A DNA stretch of 64,000 bases from Hyphochytrium catenoides (Eukaryota > Protista > Hyphochytriomycota): NCBI GenBank assembly GCA_900088475.1, contig FLMG01004130.1:38908-102907 (forward strand), written 5' to 3'. A program made the position numbers and the translations under genes. The notes beneath the pieces are model-generated. The model did no database searches and was not told where the DNA came from. It saw only the letters and a program-made list of their open reading frames with translations. This document shows, one piece after another, positions 24,041 to 36,000 of this stretch (positions are counted from its first letter, which is position 1; the number at the start of each line of letters is the position of its first letter).

Positions 24041-25132
24041 ATGGTGGAGCAACTCGAATATCATCAGTCTCAAGGTGACAACCTTTCTTCCTACGAAGCC
24101 ATCCGCAGAGAGCGAATCGCTAGAAATGCCCAGGTGTTGCGCTCGTTAGGGCTGCAGAAGCCTCTTCTTTCCTCTCCTCTCTCTCTTCAAACAAACAAAG
24201 ATTCCCGAAAGAGGAAAAGAGAGCAACAACAGACAGAGGAAGAAAGAGACGGTAGACTTCTTCGTCGGTCCTTAAGGAAGCTGGGTCAGCCGCAGGTAAA
24301 CTATCGAGAGGAGCCTAAGGCCGACAAGAGAGAGAGAAGCAGAGCCAACCAAAGGGCTGTCCCTGTCACAAAGGAGAAGAAGGAAGGCGAAGAGAAAACA
24401 AAGAAAGACATTCGCCCTCGTCCTGAGCCTTCCAAAGACAGCATTCTTCTACAGGATGCAGATCTTTCCCTCATTGTTTCTCCGACCATACTAGGCCAGC
24501 TCTTCTCTCTCCCTGGCAAGGAGACAGTGGTTCGGTCTCTCTCTCTCAGGCAAAATGTTGTTCCACGTTTCTCTAAAATGAGTGGCTTGACGGAATGGAA
24601 GAACTGTATATTCTTATGGGTTAATATCGGAGGAGACGACTATGAGAACGTCTTTGAGAAGAGTGAGACGGTACCCAAGAGAAAAGGAGAAGAAGACATG
24701 AGAGGAGAAGATGGGAAAGAAGTAAGAGAGAGGGGAGAAGAGCCGAGAGAAACCAGGACTGAAGGAGAGAAAGAGAGGGCAAAAAGGATCGAAGACGTGA
24801 TGACTATGACTTGGTTCTGCTCCCCTCGCTATTCTGAAGACTCTCCCATCGTCCAGCGTCTTCTGCCTTTCCAAGCACGGATACACGACGACGAGAACGA
24901 CAAAAAGAGTGAGCGGGAGGACACACAAGGGATGAAAGATGAGAGAAAGGATGTCTTTCTCTTCTGCCGCCTGATAGGAGAGCCGTATGTCGCCTGTGGG
25001 CGGCTGGAGTATATCAGTCATGACCCTCAGAGCCGTCCCCTTCGCTTTGTATGGAAGCTTCAGGACTACGAAGGACTGAGCGCTTCGCAGACAGCAAGAA
25101 AAATATTTGAATGGAAAAGTCCGAAGAGATGA
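24041..25132 (+). CDS. intronless predicted nuclear protein: CDCA7-like N-terminal motifs plus C-terminal DUF3427-like (PUA-superfamily) domain
   Basis: 363-aa ORF. LSSYEAIRRERIARNAQVLRSLGL, RKRKR (NLS-like), LRRSLRKLGQPQVNYREE, then CIFLWVNIGGDDYENVF…MTWFCSPRYSEDSPIVQRL…VFLFCRLIGEPYVACGRLEYISHDPQSRPLRFVWKL. The CDS is well supported; the domain names are my motif recognition. Confidence 0.75.
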   Translation: MVEQLEYHQSQGDNLSSYEAIRRERIARNAQVLRSLGLQKPLLSSPLSLQTNKDSRKRKREQQQTEEERDGRLLRRSLRKLGQPQVNYREEPKADKRERSRANQRAVPVTKEKKEGEEKTKKDIRPRPEPSKDSILLQDADLSLIVSPTILGQLFSLPGKETVVRSLSLRQNVVPRFSKMSGLTEWKNCIFLWVNIGGDDYENVFEKSETVPKRKGEEDMRGEDGKEVRERGEEPRETRTEGEKERAKRIEDVMTMTWFCSPRYSEDSPIVQRLLPFQARIHDDENDKKSEREDTQGMKDERKDVFLFCRLIGEPYVACGRLEYISHDPQSRPLRFVWKLQDYEGLSASQTARKIFEWKSPKR

Positions 25133-25907
25133 ATGGAAGGCACGATTCTCTTCTCTCTCTCTCTCCTTACTGGACTCTCTCTCCTCCTTGAAAGCCCCGT
25201 ATTGTTCATGTAGAGGTCACATCTAACCTATTAATGGCTCTCTCTCACGGAGACGGACAGACAGAAGGGGGAGAGAGACAGGGAGAAAGAGCGCAGAGAA
25301 GAGGAAAATGGCGTTCGGGTCCATGCTAATAGGAGGCATACACCTGTGAGGATGCAGAGACGCATAAGAGGAGTCAGAGAAGACAGACAAGACACGTGGA
25401 TAGAGAGCCTGTTGTGTCGCCTGGCTGACTGACACACATCACAACCCTTCTCTGTCTCATCTTTTAGCTCGCAATGTGTGAACCCCAGCGCCGCCAAAGA
25501 TGTGGAAGGAAGCTTGTCAGCCAAGCAATGAGAAATGGAAAGGACAAATTTTTTGCCCATCAGGGAGAAACAGCACAGTTCCCTGCCACAGAAAGAGCGC
25601 AACCTGTAGAACGGCGCAACCCAATGTTCTCTCTCTCTGTCTGTCTCTGTCTCACGCTCTGTCAGGTAGCACCGTCACTTTCTTCGCCAGACAATTGATG
25701 ATCCAACACAGGCCTGGCCCAGATCTGTCGGTCTTTGGCGGCGGTGAGCCATGATGTCGTGACACTGGCTTCTCATGATTCCACCTCTCTGCCTCTCTTC
25801 CTCATCATCGCCACTCAATCTTTTTCATCCTTTCATGGCATTGAAGGTTGACCGGTGAGGGAGAGAGAGAGGGAGAGAAAGAGAAGAGAGAGAGGTGAAG
25901 AGAAAGA

Positions 25908-25940
<33 letters not shown>

Positions 25941-26821
25941 GAAAGCACGCCAAAAAAGCACCAAAGACTGCAGAAAGTCTCGTCTCTTTGACCGTTTTTC
26001 CCACCCAGGTCTCTCTCGTCACCTAGCTCTATCTCTTCCACCTAACAGAATATCTATTGTATCCATGTAGGATATACAATAACTGTTAATAGCCCAGTCT
26101 TTCGTTGTAGTTGATTGCTCTGTCTCTCTCCTGTAGACTCTGTTTGTTGCGCTTCTTGCTCCAAAAAACCCAACACCACCAACTTTTTACAATCGCCTCC
26201 AAAACCGAGGATAATCGTGGAAGCCCGAGACTACCAATTTTACATACAATGACCCCTAAATCAAATGTTATATCTAGGCCCTATCAGTCTTATAAGCACG
26301 GCGTACCTAGCCTGTAAGCATGGCCCAATGCTTGCCACCAAACTATTTCCTTTGAGAGCCGAATCTAGCTGAGGTTGACCTCGTCCTTCACGGTATTACC
26401 ACTACCGCGAAGCCCTAGCTCTTTCCTACCGTCCGCTCCCGCATATATGGCGTATTATTATGGGTGTTGAGCATGGAGGAAGATTGTGGAAAGCCTTGGA
26501 AGAGGCCAAAGATCTGATTCCTTTCCCTTGTGAGACAGAAACCGCTCAGGACCAGAAGAATGGAAGAGACAGAGCAGCCAGAGAGATGGAACCTTGCCGA
26601 GACAGTGGCTACGTTAAAAGTGGACGTAGGAGCTTAGAACTATAGTGAATTGAAGACACAGAGGACGTCTGAGATATATAGGCTGGAAGAAAGAGGCTGA
26701 GGTAGAGGTATATGAAGAGACAGAGACTGGCGCTTGAAGGACGACTGACAAGCGACAGACAGAATGGAGGGAAGAGCAGGAAAGGAGAGAAGGGAGAGAG
26801 AGAGGGGTGAGGAGGAAGCAC

Positions 26822-26855
<34 letters not shown>

Positions 26856-27469
26856 AGACAGGGAGAAAGGGGAAAAGAGAGAGAAAGAAAAGATAAAGAG
26901 GAGACAGAGAAGAGAGAGGGAGAGAGAGAGGGGAAGAGAGAGAGAGGAGAGGGAGAAAAGAGAGCACAGAGAGAGAGAGAGAGAGAGAGAGAAAGAGTGG
27001 GGGAACAGGGAGAGAGAGAGAGAAAGAGAGAAAGAGAGAGANNNNNNNNGAGAGAGAGAGAGAGGGGGGTATAGAGAGACAAAGAGAGGAGCCAACAAAC
27101 AACTTGATGGACCAAGGTTTCCCGCAAAAAGAAGAGCCAGACCCCGCTCTCAAGCTAAAAGAAGCTCATGCAGAAAGAGACGCAGCTTCATGAAGAACGA
27201 GACCATCGCAGACCAAAGCTGCGCCCGTGACCTCATAAAAGGAGTGAAGCTTCCCCAACAGGCGGGTGACCTCAGGTCCAGAGTGTCCTCCTATTTTCAA
27301 ATGGCAGGATAGTCTCTGAGACAGAAAGGAGGAGAGAGAGAGAAAACGAGAGGAAGAAAAGAAGGAGCAGGAGGGATACAGAGAAAGGTGGGCCAGCGAT
27401 AGAGCTTTCGCCAGAGTCTCTGCTTCTCCCTTGTTAGACTCTACAGAGTTCTAGCAGAGAGAAGGCAAG

Positions 27470-28871
27470 ATGACCTTCAGAGCTCTTTGTATCGTGTGGA
27501 CTCTTCCTTTGCTTGTCCAGTACGCGGCAGCCCAATGTAAGCGGCTCTTACTGTCTCCCTCTCTCTCTCTCTCTCGCTCGCTCGGCTGTTCGATACCCCT
27601 CTGCCTTTATCTTCTCTATCCATACGTGAAGTTCTCTACCTTAGCGCTAGTTGTTGTCCGAGCCCGAAGCTGACTCCTTCCTCTCTTTTCTCTCGCACTT
27701 TTCTCTTTCTCTCCTTTTGCTCTCTCTCTCTCTCTCCTTTACTCTCTCTCTCCTTTACTCTCTCTCTCCCGTTGCTTTCCTTCCTCTCTCCTCTTTGATG
27801 CCACCACTCCCGCAGCCAATCCGTGCAACCGGCCGCTCTGTCTCCGTGGGGATGAAGTAGGACTCCAGCTTGACTGCACCCAGCAGCAGTGCCCCAACTG
27901 TCGCTCTGCATCCACCAAACCCAACAGCGGCAATGTGGCAGCGTGCTTTGAGGAAACGGCGGGGGCTTGCCCCGACTGGACTCAGAAATGTAAGGAAGAA
28001 GAATGCTAAAGGGGCGATAAAGGTAGAGAGAGAGTGAGAAGAACAAAGTGCATAGGCGACGTGGACCAGGGAAGAGAGAGAGACAGAGAACTTACAATGC
28101 GGCAGCAGCTAGTTCTCTTTTCTTCCTCGGTTTAAAGCTACCTTTGACTCTTCTATCATTCGGCTTTCTTCCTGTCTTTTGTTCTTATCGGTCACTGCTA
28201 TTGGGAGGTGACTCTGGCCGCTGTGCTTCTCTCTATCTTTATCTCTCTCTTTCTTTTCTATCTGTCCCTGTCTCTCTGTCTCTCTCAGTGACACACAGAC
28301 ACCCATGTAAAAAGGTATCCTCTCATAGTATTTCTCTGTTTTCTTTTCTCTCAATTGAACCTTCGATCTCAGGTCCTCTGGGGCTTGTCACTGGCACAGA
28401 CCCGACCACAACACCGCCGCCGACGACGCCAACTCAAGTAACTCCTGGTAATCTTCTTGTCCTGCCTAGTCCCCCAACAGTCTTAAGTGCTCTCTCTTCT
28501 CTCTCTCTCCCTCCCCCTCCCTCGCTCCCTATCTCAACCCGCGTCTCTCTCTCCTCTCTTGTTGCTTTCTCTTCCTCCATCCTCAAAGTCTTTCTTCCTA
28601 GCCAAAGGTCTCAATCTCTTGCGAGGCAAATTTTGATTCAAGCCTGCCGTCTCGTACCACCGTCTTCTTCTCCTACCCTTCATCACTCTCCTCTCTCGCA
28701 ATGAGGCATCTCCTCTCTTTATCAAATGCTCGATACCTTCCTTAAATTCTGAACTGAGCTATTTCAGGACCCACCCCAACCAAACAGCAAGACCAGAATG
28801 GGCCTAGCCCAAGTAAGAGTGAGTCAGAACTCTCTCAGCCTCTATCGTCCGCTGTCCCATCTCTCTCCTTA

Positions 28872-28917
<46 letters not shown>

Positions 28918-29961
28918 CTCTTTCTACGTCTTCTGTAGTGCCTTGCCTATCTTTCTCACAAGACTAAGTATACTCTTTCTCCACCTCTCTCTCGTTTTTT
29001 AGCTCCAACACCTAAGCCAGGCAATAGCGATAATACCCCGACGCCGAGCTTGCGCTCAGAGGACCCTGCACAAGGTAAATCTCTAAAGAGTTCTAGGCCA
29101 GCCGGGCCAGCTCCGCCACCGAAAGCACTATGAAGAACCCTTACAATCTTGTTTCTCTCCCGTATCAAGTCTTGCTCGCTTTATCTGCAGTTATCTATAT
29201 CTCTGCGATGAGCCTTGCCAAGACTGCTACACCTCTGCCTCTTCTCAATGTCCGTCTCATTCTTTGAGTCTTCCAGCACACTCAGAACCACAGACTCCTT
29301 GAGCCTTTATTATAGTTTCTCAGCTATTGCGCTTCACCATCACCTTTTATACACTCATCTCTGTCTCCCGTGTCCCTTTGCTCACATGCCTCCGGCCCCC
29401 ACCTTTCTGCACTCTCGCAAAGCCGATGCAGGGAAGAAGGACGACGGAGGAGGCGGAATGTCAACGGTTACCATTGCCATCATTGCCGCTGCCGGAGTTC
29501 TAGCGGTAGCCGTCGTGGTGCTTGGCGTTCTTCTGGCAAGAAAGAGACGAAGTTCGGCCGCCAAACAGAGAGAAACAGATGAAGCAAGCGATGGACCGGA
29601 CTTCCGACAGATGCATGCGCCAGGAGGAGACACTGTGAAGGCAGCAGCAACAGGAGGAGGAACAGCGCATCCTGTCAACTTTCCTCCTTCCTCTACAGCT
29701 TACGAAGAAGGAGCTGCTCCGCCACCCACGGGCATGGCAGTTGTCTCTACTGCTGTTCTCCCCGTTGAGGCTGCAAAAGGGAACTTCTTGACTCTTGAAG
29801 ATCGGATCGCACAGCTGCGACAGGCGAGACAAAATGACCCTCCTCCCGCCGTCCATGACGAAGCTGCTCCTATTGAGGGACAGAGGGAGAGAAATGAGTC
29901 TGTGGAAGTAGACTTGGACGGCGAGGATGACTCTCTGGGCCGGTCCACCGTTGAGATCTAA
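27470..29961 (+). CDS. type I membrane protein: signal peptide, 8-Cys extracellular module, Pro/Thr mucin-like stalk, TM helix, cytoplasmic tail; exons 27470-27536, 27816-27989, 28373-28447, 28768-28812, 29003-29074, ~29423-29961
   Basis: Spliced product MTFRALCIVWTLPLLVQYAAAQSNPCNRPLCLRGDEVGLQLDCTQQQCPNCRSASTKPNSGNVAACFEETAGACPDWTQKCPLGLVTGTDPTTTPPPTTPTQ…GMSTVTIAIIAAAGVLAVAVVVLGVLLARKRR. All five GT-AG joins keep frame. Confidence 0.8.
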
Positions 29962-30694
29962 GCCATAGAACAACTGCATCGCTCTTTCTCTCTCTCACTC
30001 TCTCGCCTTTGCCCATCGCCACTTTCCTCAATACATCTTTGGCGTGAATCTTTGTAACATAGATTGGCTCTTTAAACAGTGCGGGTCAGCTATCCATTTT
30101 CTCTAACCTAGGCTAGTTTTGCCAATTTTCTCTCTCTGACTCTCTTTCCCTTCCATCTTTCTCTGCCTCTCTCTCTGTCTCCGGATGATCAACTCTGTCT
30201 ATTTTCGTCACTTCATCTGCTTTCGCAAGTGACTTCATAAAACCTAGAATAGCAAGTTCATAAGAAGCGGTGGCTGTCTGTTAGCTCATTAGCAGCTTTC
30301 TTTCTCTGCTCCCTGAGAAAGAGAAACTCTTGTGTCCCTCTCTTTCCCTTGTTACTGCCTCCGTAAGTAGTCCGTGTGGCAAGAAAAGAGTTTGCCATCA
30401 ACCTTTCATTCTGTCGCTTTGACCCATACTGATTAGAAAGATTGCTCCTTGTATGCGCCTCCATCTGACTGGGTGCACTATAAAGCTATAACCGTCCAGG
30501 TTTGTTCTCCCTTTCTCTGCTCTCGCTCTCTCTCTCTCTCTCTTGCTCGCTCTGGAACTCTCTCTCTCCTGTCTCTAGGATAGGGAGATAAATATCGCTT
30601 CCTACATGCGACCATCCCTCCCACATGTCCATACAACGCCTGGTCTCTTCTCTTTCTCTCTCTCATCCATTGCTTGCGAAATCTATCTCTTATG

Positions 30695-31722
30695 CTAACT
30701 CTGTTTCGCTTCTTCTTCTGTCTCGGTCGCCGCTGTCTCTCTCTCTTCTTGCTTCTTGGCAAATTTCTCCTTCAGCTGCTTCTCATAGCGTTCCTGCACC
30801 TCGTTCTTTGGAAGGTCATCCATCGGCTGAGGGACGTGCAGTCCCACACGCTTGGCCGAGCGCCTCACTCTCTCTTCCGCGCTAAGAATCCTTTCTACTC
30901 CCATATCTAGAGAACGGAGATACTGTGGAAGACAGAGAAGAAAGAGAAGGAGAGCAAGGGGAGAGAGAGAGAGAGAGTGCGTCGTGTGTGTGAGAAGAAG
31001 AGGAGCGGTGCAGAGGAGCAGAAGGAAGGTTAGAGTGGGAGCCGTAATGAGGGATGACATCTGGCAGGAAGGTGCACGAAGAAAGGAAGAGAAACAGTCT
31101 TTAAAGGGCGGGAGAGACACACAGAAAGAGACACAGACCACTGACAGACAGACAGTACAAAGAAAGAAAAGGAGAACTAGACAGGCAAAGAAAAGAGAAG
31201 ACAAAGGAAAGAGAGAAGGAAAGAGAGAAGGAAAGAGAAATTGGGGAGAAGGAAGATAGAACAAGGGCTTGCCGCACCTGCTGCTCGCTGACGCTGTTCA
31301 GAAGCTCCAGGTAGTCTGACGCGCGGGCTCTTAGAATCCTGACATGCGCTTTGTCCTTTGCATCACGGTTCATACGGTACTGGGAGGGAGAGGAAGGGGT
31401 CGGAGAGAAGGAGAGAGAAAGAGAGAAAGGGAAAGACCAAGAGAGACAGAGAGGCAGCTCAGTGGGAGACCAGGCGACCAAGCGAGACAGAGCTCAAAGT
31501 AATATGCACCACAGAGAATAAAGAGAGAAGCCAAGGAAGAAGTATAAGAGATGCGGGGTTAGCAAATAAGTAGACGGACGACGGTGTAAAGTAAGCGGAG
31601 GGTGCAGAGAGAGAGAGAGGAAGAGAGAGACAGAGAGGGAGAGTTAGAGACAGAGCGAGAGAAAGAGAAGAGAACAGTAAAGCTGGAAGATCAGGGCAGT
31701 TAGTTGGTATGAACGACAACGG

Positions 31723-31753
<31 letters not shown>

Positions 31754-31911
31754 AATGAGGGAAGTGAATCTTCTTCTTTGTTGACCTCTGAGAGAACGTA
31801 TTGCGGCCATTCACTTCTGACTGACTCCACGCTGGGCCTGGCCCTCACAACCTTCAGGATCCCTCTCAGCGTGCGGAGCACCTCCTTCTTTGATCCTGCG
31901 CGCCGCGACAT
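30695..31911 (-). CDS. FMC1: FMC1-like LYR-superfamily mitochondrial protein (ATP synthase assembly factor); exons 31911-31786, 31379-31278, 30922-30695
   Basis: 151 aa: MSRRAGSKKEVLRTLRGILKVV…WPQYVLSE|YRMNR…ASDYLELLNSVSEQQ|YLRSLDMGVERILSAEERVRRSAKRVGLHVP. Degenerate LYR start and C-terminal AxRVGLxxP motif typical of FMC1/C7orf55. Confidence 0.65.
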
Positions 31912-32609
31912 CTGTCTCTTTCTTTCCCTTCCCTTCTCCCTCTCTTTTCTTCTCTCTCTCTTTTCTTCAACCCTCTCACAGACTTGCCTTCAACTTCCAG
32001 GTAGGCGGGAAGTACAATGGGAACAGAGAGAGAAGACTGAACCCCAGGAAAGAAGGGCAGTGTGGGGGCGTAGCTTAGCTTAGCTGAGAGGCAGCCTCTG
32101 TCTCTTGTCTCGGGAGCTCTAGGAAATCTGGCTGAGACGATGGAAGTGGATGACAGAGCAGAGCTGCGCTTGGTGGAGACAACCTTGGAGTTGATGTTCC
32201 CTCTCGCTCTCGCTCTCGCTCTCTGCTCTCTCTCTCTCTTCTCTGTCTCGCTCTTCCCTCCCGCTCTATTTCTCTCTTCTCTTTCTCTCCCTCTCTTCTC
32301 CACTCATCTCCTTTCTTCTCTCTCTCTCTCTCNNNNNNNNNNNNNNNNNNNNNNNNNNNNNNNNNNNNNNNNNNNNNNNNNNNNNNNNNNCTCTCTCTCT
32401 CTCTCTGTCTCTCTCTCTCTCTCTCTGTGTCTGTCATTCTCTCCCCTTTCAGAACTGATCCCACAGCCAAGTTCTCTACTCGAGATATTTAGAATTATGC
32501 GATATTGGTTCTGCATGCAGTTGACGTGATTCCTGATGCGCATGACCACTGTTCAGAAACGGTGTGACTTTTTGCGTTTTGATCCTTTTTCATGGATCGC
32601 GAATGCTCC

Positions 32610-32654
<45 letters not shown>

Positions 32655-33011
32655 AGAGAGAGAGAGAAGAGAGAGAGCGGAAAGGGAGTGAGTGGGAAAG
32701 AGAGAGAGAGAGAGATCAGCTCGTGGGGCAGGTGTCCCATTGTATGCGCTGCTCTTTGGAGAGAGGAGCCTGATTGATGAGGAGGTTCTTGTTGCAGATT
32801 GCAGAAGCTTCCCCTTATATTATGCTCCCTATCAGCTAATCAGTTCCGCCTGTGCTCTAAGTCTCACTCTTCCTCTCTCTCCCTCTTTCTCTTCTCACCC
32901 TCTGTCTCTCCTCTCTTTCTCTCTCTGTCTCTCGCCCCTGCGGAGTGCCCTCCTAGCGTTGATGGAGAGGTTAGACCGAGCGCTAACACCAAAATCCTAA
33001 GGTCGGAGGTC

Positions 33012-36000
33012 ATGAAGACGATCCTTCGCTCCTCCAAGGAGGAGACTGAGGCATCAAGAGGCACAAAGGGAGGAAAAGTCAAAGACGCAGGGACAGACAC
33101 CGCGCGGAAGAATGAGGAGAAGAAGACTCCTCTTTCCCGAAGAGCACAAGCTGAGGTGATCTGCCGCATCCAAGAAGCAGCAGCAGGAGAAGAGGTGACC
33201 ATGTCTCTCTCTTCCTCTCTCTCTTTTTCTTTCTGTCTTCTCTCCTCGCCATCCTCCACTTGGGTAAAGGCTGTCGTCTCATTCTCTCAAATGTCCTCCT
33301 CTGGGGACAGCGTCTCCCTCTTCTGACTTTCCTCCTCAGCTCCGTGACCTCGTGTGCAGATTATCTCATCTCCCATCATTTTAAGCTTTCCTTAGAGTTA
33401 CTGCTCCCTCAATCTCTTTTTTCCCTCCCTCTCACGCTCTCGCTCCCCTCTTCTCCCCAGTCTCTCTCTCGGTCTCTCTCTCTCTGTCTCCCTCTCGCTC
33501 TCTATTTTTATTTCGTGCCTATCTCTCTTCAAGCCTTTCTTTGTCTATAACTCACTCTCTTGAAGGATATTCCTTACCTTTATGCCTCTCCAGTCTAAGT
33601 CTGCACACCTCCCGTTTTCGTTCCCCTTTGAACCCTTTCGCTTCCTCTCTCGTTCTCTTCTCTTTCTCACTCAGAGACTCCCTTTCTCTCTCTCATAAAC
33701 ACACGCACTCTCTCTCTCCTCCTGTCTCATACTCTCTCTCCCATTCGTGTGTCTCTCTCTGACTCCATTGCTCGGTTTTCAGAGCATCGTCTGGACAGAC
33801 GAGCAGTCAGGAGACGTCTATGTCCGAGACCCGCGATGTCCTCCCTCTGCTCCTCACTCTCAGAGCGTCAGAGCCTACCGACTCTCTCTCGCGACTCTCT
33901 CCCCTGAAGGAGACGAGAACCTCCAGCAAGGAGTTGCGGAAGGACTCCTGTCGGAGGTCTAAAGCCTATCATTTTTTCTTGCGCCTTCCTCCGTCTCTTT
34001 GGCGCCTCTCCTTTTTCTCTCTCTCCCCCTCCCCCTCTCTCTCTCTCTCTCTCTTTCTCTCTCGCTCTCTCTATCCCTCTCTCTCTCGTTCTCTCTGCTT
34101 TCTCTTTCTTTGTCTCTGTCTCTCTCACACACAACTCACGCAATCTAATTTTTGCTTTCTCTGTCAGTTCTTCCTCTCAATCCACCGGGCTCGCTTTCTC
34201 TCCCGTACTCTCTGTTTCCCTGCCCTTCTCTGTCTCTGACGTCTTTCCTGCTTCTTCTCTTACGTCTTCTTCTCTTCGTTCTCTACTCGCAGCTCTTCAC
34301 GGGCTTCAATGTTTGCCTGCTTTCCTATGGCCAGTCCGGAGTAGGGAAGACCTCTGCCCTTTACGGAGCCACAAATGACGGGGGCCTGGTGCAGTTTCTC
34401 CTCTCTCGTGCATTTGACAGAGCGGATGACCAGGAAGAGGGAATCCAATTTCTTCTCTCTCTCTGGGAGCTAGAGGGCCAAGACGTGAGCAGACATTAAG
34501 ATGATCGTCTCCCTTTTGCTCTTCATTTTGCTCTCTTTGTTTCTCTCATTGTTTCTCTCACTAGTTCTCTGTCCCTCTCTCTCTCTCTTTCCGTTGTTGA
34601 CTATTCGGGGCCTCTTTCTCCCTTCTCTTCTTCAATGTTCCTTTATCGCTGAAAGCAACGAGGTCCCTTTTTTTGGGCTTGTGCCAGTCTCACACACATT
34701 TCTCCGCCATTTCTCTCCTTCTCTCCATGTATTCTTTCCTCTACTTCTTCTTGAAAGGTTCGTGACCTTCTCTCTGATGAGCTAGTGGAGGGCCTTGAGC
34801 TATATGAGGAACTGGGAATAGAAGAGGAGGAGCAGAAGAGCGAGAAAGAAGGAGGTGGCCATGAAGTCAGCAGGTTCGTGCAGGAAGAGGCAAAGACAGC
34901 GGAGGATGCGCTCTTGATAATTGAAGGAGGACTGAGGAGGAGCAGAAGCTGGCAGACGGATGACCAAGGTCCAGCTACTTCCTTTTGCTCAACTCTGTCT
35001 ATGGCTCAGGCTTTGCTCGGCCGGATCCACTATCTCTGTCAATTTCTCTCTCTCTCTCTCTCTGTCACTTTCCCTCTCTCTCTGTCACTTTCTCGCTCTA
35101 CTCTCTCCCACTTTCTCTCTCTCTGTCACTTCGTCTCTCTCTGTCACTCTCTCTCTCTGTCACTTTCTCTCTCTCTGTCACTTTCTCTCTCTCTGTCACT
35201 TTCTCTCTCTCTCTGTCACTTTTTCTCTCTCTATCGCTTTCTCTCTCTCTGTCACTTTCTCTCTCTCTGTCACTTTCTCTCTCTCACTGCCGCTTTCTCT
35301 CTTCTTGACTCTTCTTGTGTGGATTCCTCCCTCTCGCCCTCTGTCAGACACTTCGCTCCTTAGACCTTGAGCAGCCATCCCTCCCACGCATAGTTGATTG
35401 GAGTTGATCAGGCTCCTTGCTCAGTGCTGTATGGCTCTTTCCTGTGATTCGACCTCATACTATGTCCAACACTCTCCTCTTGTCTCTCCTCTCGCGCTCG
35501 TTCTTTCTCTCTCTGTCTCTTTCTCTTAATTGACACTTTCTTGCCGGTTTGCCATCTGCAGGGAACGGTGCAAGGGCTCTTCCGAACCGCTCCCACGTCT
35601 TTCTGCGAATATCTCTGTATAACCAGACCCGTGCCTCCATCTCAAGTCTTCACATCGTCGATCTCGTCGGGGCTGCATCTCTCTCTGGAAGGAGTTTGCA
35701 GGGAGAGAATGGGAGAGGAGAGGAGCTCCAAGAGAGAGAGATGGCAGATGTAAGATAAAGATAGGATCTTCGTTTTGTCGGAACAGCTATTCTCTTCTTG
35801 ACAGCTCCAGTTTATATTTGTCTTGCAGTGCTTGTTGTCGGTCGTTATCTTTCTCTTCCAATCTTTCCGGAGATGGCCACGTTTCCCCTCTCTCACCTTC
35901 TCTCTCCTTCTACTCCCTCTCTCTCGACTCTCTCTCTCTCTCCCTCTCTCTCGACTCTCTCTCTCTCTCTTTCTGACTATATGGACTATGTCCCTGCTAA

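Noticed and set aside
26609-27312. Long ORFs of poly(LS)/poly(ER), also at 11413-12634, 32075-32529, 34960-35370, 57790-58654, 60083-60772
   Set aside because: They are translations of (CT)n/(GA)n microsatellites, which lack stop codons. Only short embedded exons are real.
35040-35290. Regularly spaced repeats as a CRISPR array (also 42448-42528)
   Set aside because: No unique spacers of constant length, no cas genes, and the context is a eukaryotic intron.
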